DNA of 64,000 bases, taken from NCBI GenBank assembly GCA_035995545.1, contig DASYKI010000016.1:664599-728598 (forward strand), in the 5' to 3' direction. Of this stretch, positions 58,533 to 64,000 are shown piece by piece. The notes beneath the pieces were generated by a model, which did not search any database, was not told the origin of the DNA, and worked only from the letters and a program-made list of their open reading frames with translations. The number at the start of each line of letters is the position of its first letter. The stretch's first letter is position 1. Made by a program: the position numbers and the translations under genes. The DNA is from Candidatus Dormiibacterota bacterium. GTDB lineage: Bacteria > Chloroflexota > Dormibacteria > Aeolococcales > Aeolococcaceae.

Positions 58533-59383
58533 TCCTGCGACTCCGGGCGCGTCAACGAGCGCGGGTCGTTGTCGTGGCCGAGCTGCCGGATCTGGGCCAG
58601 GCCGAGCTGCTCGTAGGCGATGCTCGCGTCCAGGGTGAGGTTGAGCTGATCGGCGACGCGGCGATTGACGATGCGCTTGGTCCAGGCCAGAGCGAACGCG
58701 GAGCGTGCCAGCAGCCGGGCCACGAAGTCGTCGGTCACCGCATCCAGATCGGCGCGCGGGACGGCGCGGTTGACGATGCGAGCGGCGGCCAGCTCGGCCG
58801 CGGTCCGCGATGGCGAGAGCATGAGATGTTCCTTCGCCTGCGTCGGAGTCATGAACAGAGGAGCCACCGCTCCGGCACCGTCGCCGGGCACGACTCCGAA
58901 GGGCAGTCCCACGCGCTGGCCGGCGCTGGTGGTGACCTCGCCCATGCCGAGGTGCACGTCCGAGATGATGGCGTCCTCTCTGGCAACGATGAGGTCGGAG
59001 AGGAAGACCAGGCTCTGGCCCAGGCCGATGGCGTCGCCGTTGACCTTGGCGATGATCGGTTTCTCGATCTCGGTCATCACCTGGCAGCAGCGCACCACGC
59101 CCAGACCCACGTGCCACGCCCCGTAGGGGTCGGCCAGCCGTGCTTCGGCGCGCGGCGTCGTGTAGTACTCGACCGGCGGTGTCACCAGGAACTCGTCGTC
59201 GTGCGCACCGGTGATGACGATCACGCGGATGCTGTGATCCGTGCGCAGCTCCTCGAGCGCGTCCGGCATCTCGACGTGCAGGTCGGCGGGGGGATCGAGC
59301 TGGAACGCCTGCTGGAGTGGCAGCATCCTGATCGTGGCCACCTGTCCGTCGACGGCAACGGAGAGCGCGCGGTACGGCTTCAT
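58529..59383 (-). CDS. enoyl-CoA hydratase/isomerase (crotonase) family protein
   Basis: KPIIAKVNGDAIGLGQSLVFLSDLIVAREDAII oxyanion-hole region. Confidence 0.75.
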   Translation of the reverse strand: MKPYRALSVAVDGQVATIRMLPLQQAFQLDPPADLHVEMPDALEELRTDHSIRVIVITGAHDDEFLVTPPVEYYTTPRAEARLADPYGAWHVGLGVVRCCQVMTEIEKPIIAKVNGDAIGLGQSLVFLSDLIVAREDAIISDVHLGMGEVTTSAGQRVGLPFGVVPGDGAGAVAPLFMTPTQAKEHLMLSPSRTAAELAAARIVNRAVPRADLDAVTDDFVARLLARSAFALAWTKRIVNRRVADQLNLTLDASIAYEQLGLAQIRQLGHDNDPRSLTRPESQE

Positions 59384-59386
59384 CGC

Positions 59387-59974
59387 CTACGCCGGGGCCA
59401 CGCCGGACGAGATGGCGCCGAGCGCGCAGCGCTGCAGGATGGTGGTCACCTCCTCGAGCGACAGCCGGCCCTTGGGGTCGTACCACTGCACCATCCAGTT
59501 GACGATGCCCAGCACGGCGTAGGCCAGTACGACGGGATCGTCGACACGAAAGACGCCGTGCTCCTGGCCGTCGCGAATCGCCTCCACGTACAGGCCGTCG
59601 TACAGCCGCCGCTGTTCGAGGTAGGTGGCGGCGAGCTTGGCGTCGATCTCGGCACGCTCCAGCAGGAAGACGCGGATCTGCGGGAGCTTGCGGCGGAAGT
59701 TGCTGAGGTGCGCCGCCAGCAGCCGGCGGATGCGCTCCACCGGATCGCCGATCTGGGCGATGTCCTGGGCCGTCGCCCAGAGCGCGGTCATCTCGTCCTC
59801 CAGCACGGCGGCGAGGATGTGCTGCTTGGAGGGAAAGTAGTGGTACAGCGACGCCTTCTTGAGCGTGGTCCGCTCGGCGATGTCGTTGATCGAGGTTCCG
59901 GCGAAGCCCTTCTCGGCGAAGAGCTTGACCGCACAGTCGAGCACCTCCTGGCGTCGCGCTCGGCCCTCAGTCAC
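59387..59974 (-). CDS. TetR-family transcriptional regulator
   Basis: HTH GFAGTSINDIAERTTLKKASLYHYFPSKQHIL. Confidence 0.8.
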   Translation of the reverse strand: MTEGRARRQEVLDCAVKLFAEKGFAGTSINDIAERTTLKKASLYHYFPSKQHILAAVLEDEMTALWATAQDIAQIGDPVERIRRLLAAHLSNFRRKLPQIRVFLLERAEIDAKLAATYLEQRRLYDGLYVEAIRDGQEHGVFRVDDPVVLAYAVLGIVNWMVQWYDPKGRLSLEEVTTILQRCALGAISSGVAPA

Positions 59975-60024
59975 GTCCGCCCTCTCCAGAAGCTACCGGC
60001 TGGCGCATGATCATACCCGCATCC

Positions 60025-61632
60025 TCACCGCAGAACGAATCCCGTGTATCCCTGCTCCGCGATCTGCGCTCGCCTGATTCGCATGTCGAGCGCGGAGTCG
60101 GGTGGCGAGAGCAGGACGCGCGGCTTGCCGGGGATGTTGGCGCCCAGCAACCAGGTGTCGGCACCGGTGCGCAGTGTCTTGGCCACGCTGGCGGCGAGCA
60201 CGTGCGCGGTCCATTCCTCCTCCGCGTCCGGAGTGGGAGACATGGCCGTGAGGCCCTGCTGTCGCATGTGCGCCATGGAGTCGACGACCCAGTCGACGAT
60301 GGGCTCGGCGACGCGCACGTAGTTGCCCCCAGGCTGGGCGGCGTTGAGGGTGAAGAGGTTGGGGAATCCGACGCTCTGCAGGCCCAGGTAGGTGCGCGGC
60401 CCCGCGGCGAACTTCTCCTTCAGCGTCAGGCTGTTCTCGCCGCGAATCTCGATGCGGTCCAGCGCCCCGGTGACCGCGTCGTATCCCGTGGCGAAGACGA
60501 TGACGTCCAGCGCGTGCTCTGCGGACGCCGTCCTGATTCCCCGCGGCGTGATCCGCTCGATGGGATCCGCACGCACGTCGACCAGGGTGACGTTGGGCCG
60601 GTTGAACACGTCGTAGTAGCCGCTCTCGCACGGTGGCCGCTTGGAGCTGAACATGTGGCCCTGGGGGACGAGCCGCTCCGCCAGGGCGGGGTCGTCGATG
60701 CGGGCGCGGATCTTGTCGCGCAGGAACTCGGAGTACTCGTCGTTGGCGGGGCCCGCCATCATGATGTCGTAGAAGTTGGCCAGCCACTTCTTGAAACCGG
60801 GCTCCAGCCACAGCCGCTCGTGCTGGGCCATGCGCTCGTCCCTGGACACCTCCATGGCCGATCGCCGATCGAACCGGTACATGAAGCCGCCCGGGCTGTC
60901 GTTGCACGCCTGCAGGATGTCGCTGTACGTCGCCTTGATGCGCTGCCGCGTCGCCGCGTCGACGGGGGTGTTGCGCAGCGGCACGCAGTAGTTGGCGGTG
61001 CGCTGGAAGACGGTGAGGCTGCCGACCTCGTCGACGATCTCGGGAACCAGCTGCACGCCGGTGCTCCCCGTGCCGATCACACCGACGCGCTTGCCGGCGA
61101 GCTCCATGCCCTCCGCCGGCCAGCGGCCGGTGTGGCACCAGGCGCCCTCGAAGTCGGCGAGGCCGTCGAAGTCGGGCACGTAGTGCGCGGAGAGGATGCC
61201 CACCGCGGTGAGCAGGAAGCGCGCCCGCGAGCGCGTGCCATCCTCCAGGGTGACGTCCCAGCGGGCATCGCCATCGCGGTAGACGGCGGAGGCGACGCGC
61301 GACGAGAGGCGAATGTCCTGGCGCATGCCGAACCTGTCGACGACGTGGTTGAGGTAGCGCTCGACCTCGGGCTGACCCGCGTAGTGGTCCTCCCAGTCCC
61401 ACTCCTGCACCAGCTCCTCACAGAAGGAGTAGGCGTAGGTGTAGCTCTCGGAGTCGAAGCGGGCGCCCGGATAGCGGTTCCAGTACCACGTGCCGCCCAC
61501 TCCGGGCGCATCGTCGTACAGGCGGACCGAGAATCCCCGCTCGCGCAGGCGGTAGAGCGCGTACAACCCGGTCACTCCCGCGCCGATGACGACGGCGTCG
61601 AACTCCTCGACGGGCACGGCCTCGACGGCCAT
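60025..61632 (-). CDS. Baeyer-Villiger-type flavin monooxygenase (class B FMO, cyclohexanone-monooxygenase-like)
   Basis: FAD GAGVTG, BVMO fingerprint FEGAWCHTGRWP, NADP GTGSTGVQ; the ATG at 61632 overlaps the upstream permease stop. Confidence 0.85.
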   Translation of the reverse strand: MAVEAVPVEEFDAVVIGAGVTGLYALYRLRERGFSVRLYDDAPGVGGTWYWNRYPGARFDSESYTYAYSFCEELVQEWDWEDHYAGQPEVERYLNHVVDRFGMRQDIRLSSRVASAVYRDGDARWDVTLEDGTRSRARFLLTAVGILSAHYVPDFDGLADFEGAWCHTGRWPAEGMELAGKRVGVIGTGSTGVQLVPEIVDEVGSLTVFQRTANYCVPLRNTPVDAATRQRIKATYSDILQACNDSPGGFMYRFDRRSAMEVSRDERMAQHERLWLEPGFKKWLANFYDIMMAGPANDEYSEFLRDKIRARIDDPALAERLVPQGHMFSSKRPPCESGYYDVFNRPNVTLVDVRADPIERITPRGIRTASAEHALDVIVFATGYDAVTGALDRIEIRGENSLTLKEKFAAGPRTYLGLQSVGFPNLFTLNAAQPGGNYVRVAEPIVDWVVDSMAHMRQQGLTAMSPTPDAEEEWTAHVLAASVAKTLRTGADTWLLGANIPGKPRVLLSPPDSALDMRIRRAQIAEQGYTGFVLR

Positions 61633-62442
61633 CACTTGGCCCACCAGTGCAGGACGCGTTTGCTGATCTGGTCGGCGATCAGCACGGTGACGACCCCCAG
61701 GGCGGAGAGGATGACGACCAGCGAGAACGTCAGCGTGGCGTCGGCGGTCGAGGTTGCGTTGCCGAGCAGGAGGCCGAGGCCGGGGGCACCGATGAGCAGC
61801 TCGCCGGTGACCACCGAGATCACCGAGAACGTCGCCGCCAGCGGCAGCGCGGCGACCGTCCACGCGATCACGTAGGGAAGGCGGACGTAGCGCATGATCG
61901 CCGCTCTGCCCGCGCCGAGAACCTGCGCGTTCTGGATCAGCGGCGGCGCCACGCTTCGCGCGCCCTCGTATGCGTTGAAGAAGGCGACGAAGAAGGTCAC
62001 CATCACCGACACGGTGATCGACCCCAGGCTGGTGGGCCCGAAGAGCACGACGACGATCGGGATCAGGGCGATGCGCGGAATCGCGTTGAGGGCCACCAGG
62101 AACGGCCGGAAGATGTCGCTCAGCACCGCGGAGCTGCCCAGGATGAGTCCGAGCACGCCGCCCAGGGTGAGGCCGATGACCAGTCCCAGCGTCGACGCCG
62201 ACATCGTGTTCCAGATGTAGGTCCAGATCGGCGTCACCCCCGGCGGGCCGAAGAACAGGTCGCGCAGGCGCGCGACGATCTTGCTCGGCGAGCTGACGAA
62301 GAAGCTGTCGAAGACATGGCTCTTCTCGGCCAGCCAGGGGATGGTGGGCAGCCACTGCCACGCCGCCAGGAACGCCGCCACCAGGGCGAGCTGGGCCAGC
62401 GTGATCCAGAGACGCCGGGAGCGGCGCCCGCTACCGAACATG
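61632..62442 (-). CDS. ABC transporter permease (NitT/TauT-type, SsuC-like)
   Basis: 6 TM with EAA-like loop; start at MFGSGRRSRRLWITLAQLAL (62442). Confidence 0.75.
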
Positions 62443-63243
62443 ACTGGTGGATCCCTGCTGGTCAGGACTGGTGGTGAAGATCTGCGAGCCGAGCTCCTCC
62501 CAGAGCAGCGCGTACAGGTCGAGGAACTCGCGGCTGTGGCGCAGCTCAATGGCATTGCGTCCGGTCCGGTCGAAGGGAACGCGGTGCCGGTTGAGGACGC
62601 GTCCCGGTCGCGCGGTGAGGATGACCACGTCGTCGCAGAGGGTGATCGCCTCGGCGAGATCGTGGGTGACCAGCACCACGGTCATGTCGAGCTCGGACAT
62701 GATCCTGAGCACGTCCTGGTGGATGGTCACCCGGGTGGGTTCGTCCAGTGAGGAGAAGGGTTCGTCGAGGAGCAGCACCGCCGGCTGGGGCGCCACCGCC
62801 GTCAGGAACGCGATGCGGCGGCGCATCCCCCCGGACAGCTGGTACGGATAGGCGCGAGCGAAGTCCTGCAGGCCGACCATCTTGAGCAGCGCATCCACGC
62901 GCGCGCGGGCGGCGGCCCTGCCGACACGCCGCCCGGCGCGGCCGACTTTGAAGTAGAGCCCGACGTTCTCCTCGGCCGTCAGCCATGGCAGCAGCGTGTC
63001 GGTCTGGAAGACCACCGTCATGGGATGCACGCCCGGCGGGAATGCCGGCCAATCGATGTGGCCGGACGTCGGCGCCCGCAGTCCCGCGAGCAGTTGCAGC
63101 AGGGTGCTCTTGCCGCAACCGCTGGGCCCGACGACAGCGACGCTGGACCCGGTGGGGATGCTCAGGTCGAGGTCGCTCAATGCGAGGACGCCGGTCGGAT
63201 ACTCGTAGCCGACGCCTTCGATGCGCACGCCCGTGGTGGTCAC
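62431..63243 (-). CDS. ABC transporter ATP-binding protein (NitT/TauT-type)
   Basis: Walker A GPSGCGKST, signature LSGGMRRR, Walker B LLLDEPFSSLD; GTG start at 63243 abutting the upstream gene. Confidence 0.8.
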   Translation of the reverse strand: MTTTGVRIEGVGYEYPTGVLALSDLDLSIPTGSSVAVVGPSGCGKSTLLQLLAGLRAPTSGHIDWPAFPPGVHPMTVVFQTDTLLPWLTAEENVGLYFKVGRAGRRVGRAAARARVDALLKMVGLQDFARAYPYQLSGGMRRRIAFLTAVAPQPAVLLLDEPFSSLDEPTRVTIHQDVLRIMSELDMTVVLVTHDLAEAITLCDDVVILTARPGRVLNRHRVPFDRTGRNAIELRHSREFLDLYALLWEELGSQIFTTSPDQQGSTSHVR

Positions 63244-63244
63244 G

Positions 63245-64000
63245 TCAGATCGGATCCCAAGCGAACACGTCGGCGCTGCGCTCCAGTGGCGTGAACGACG
63301 GCGCGAACGCGGGCCGCATCTGCTCAGCCAGGTCCTGTGGCGTCCAGCCACCGGCGCGGTGGACGGTGCGGATCGGGCGCGGCTGGCTGAAGAGGTACAC
63401 CTCGTTCTTGCGCACGCCGAGGATCTGGCCGCTGATCCCGTCGCTGAGGCCGGAGGCGAGGAACACGATGAGCGGCGCAACCGTATCCGGGCCCACCGCA
63501 CGGAGCCTGTCGATCCACCACGCCCGGTCGCCGGCCCCCGTCGCGGTCTCGGGCACGGCTCCCATCATCCGGCTCCACGCAAACGGCACCACGCAGTTGG
63601 AGCGGACGCCATGCTGGGCCATGTCGAGCGCGATCGACCGCGACAGTCCGACCAGGCCCATCTTGGCGGACGCGTAGTTGGCCTGGCGGTGATTGCCGAC
63701 CAGCGCCGAGCTGGAGGTGACGTGCACGTAGGCACCGCGCCCCTGCCGGCGGAGGTGCGGCGCGGCGGCGCGCGAGACGTAGAAGCTGCCGTGCAGATGG
63801 ACCTGCACCACGGCGTCGAAGTCGGCGGGATCCATCTCGTCGAACTCGCGGTCGCGCAGGATGCCGGCGTTGTTGACCACGGCGTCGAGACGGCCGTAGG
63901 AGTCGAGCGCGGTGGTGACAATGCGCTCGGCCTCGCGGGCACTGGCAACGCTGTCGCCGCTGCTCACCGCCTCTCCGCCTCCCGCGCGGATCTCGGCGAC
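63245..64000 (-). CDS. SDR-family oxidoreductase, C-terminal part (5' end beyond window)
   Basis: NNAGI, YASAK (YxxxK) and a ~100-aa C-terminal extension; the reading frame is open to the window edge. Confidence 0.6.
   Translation of the reverse strand, partial: VAEIRAGGGEAVSSGDSVASAREAERIVTTALDSYGRLDAVVNNAGILRDREFDEMDPADFDAVVQVHLHGSFYVSRAAAPHLRRQGRGAYVHVTSSSALVGNHRQANYASAKMGLVGLSRSIALDMAQHGVRSNCVVPFAWSRMMGAVPETATGAGDRAWWIDRLRAVGPDTVAPLIVFLASGLSDGISGQILGVRKNEVYLFSQPRPIRTVHRAGGWTPQDLAEQMRPAFAPSFTPLERSADVFAWDPI

Noticed and set aside
57606-59486. 626-aa minus ORF as one protein
   Set aside because: Its N-terminal half overlaps the crotonase gene in another frame and is low-complexity. Only the C-terminal 309 aa (from MIDVRALG) look like a real cyclase-family protein.

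Overview
High-GC (about 70%) actinobacterial-type chromosome segment, annotated from the raw sequence and the six-frame track only; no searches were run.

Left ~11 kb: housekeeping genes (3' end of cysS, rlmB, a NYN/YacP-like gene, tRNA-Thr(TGT)), an EamA transporter, a GNAT, an SDR, and a ~30-bp tandem-repeat array. It also holds a polyprenol-phosphate-dependent glycosylation locus: a secreted glycosidase-like protein, a GT-C PMT/ArnT-like transferase divergent from a GT2 synthase, an epimerase and a flippase-like membrane protein.

Candidate island (11415-26715): a second tRNA-Thr(GGT) sits at 11340-11414. Its last 50 bp recur exactly at 26716-26765, bracketing a 15.3-kb segment that looks like an old tRNA-integrated island with no recognisable integrase. 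It carries a DevR/DevS-like hypoxia-type module (tandem-USP, GAF histidine kinase, NarL regulator), a PNPOx-family protein, a frameshifted GNAT/acyl-CoA synthetase, a Zn-ADH, a PAS/HD-GYP protein, GGGAC-N4-GTCCC palindromes, and pseudogene debris.

Right ~37 kb: a large catabolic supercluster. It encodes ATP-dependent hydantoinase A/B, a CoA ligase, GntR, aldolases, reductases, a kinase-like protein, VOC proteins, a peptide/opine-type ABC importer, Rieske oxygenase alpha/beta, two cyclic amidohydrolases, an M20 carbamoylase-type amidase, and a Rieske-less alpha paralog. It is organised as four translationally coupled units, each behind a sigma70-like promoter overlapped by a GGTCWGACC palindrome (candidate GntR operator).

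A second module follows: TetR, tandem amidohydrolase-2 paralogs, a cyclase, a crotonase, TetR, a Baeyer-Villiger monooxygenase, an ABC permease/ATPase and an SDR. The supercluster and its operator logic look like the best candidate for an undescribed N-heterocycle (hydantoin/dihydropyrimidine-like) degradation system.
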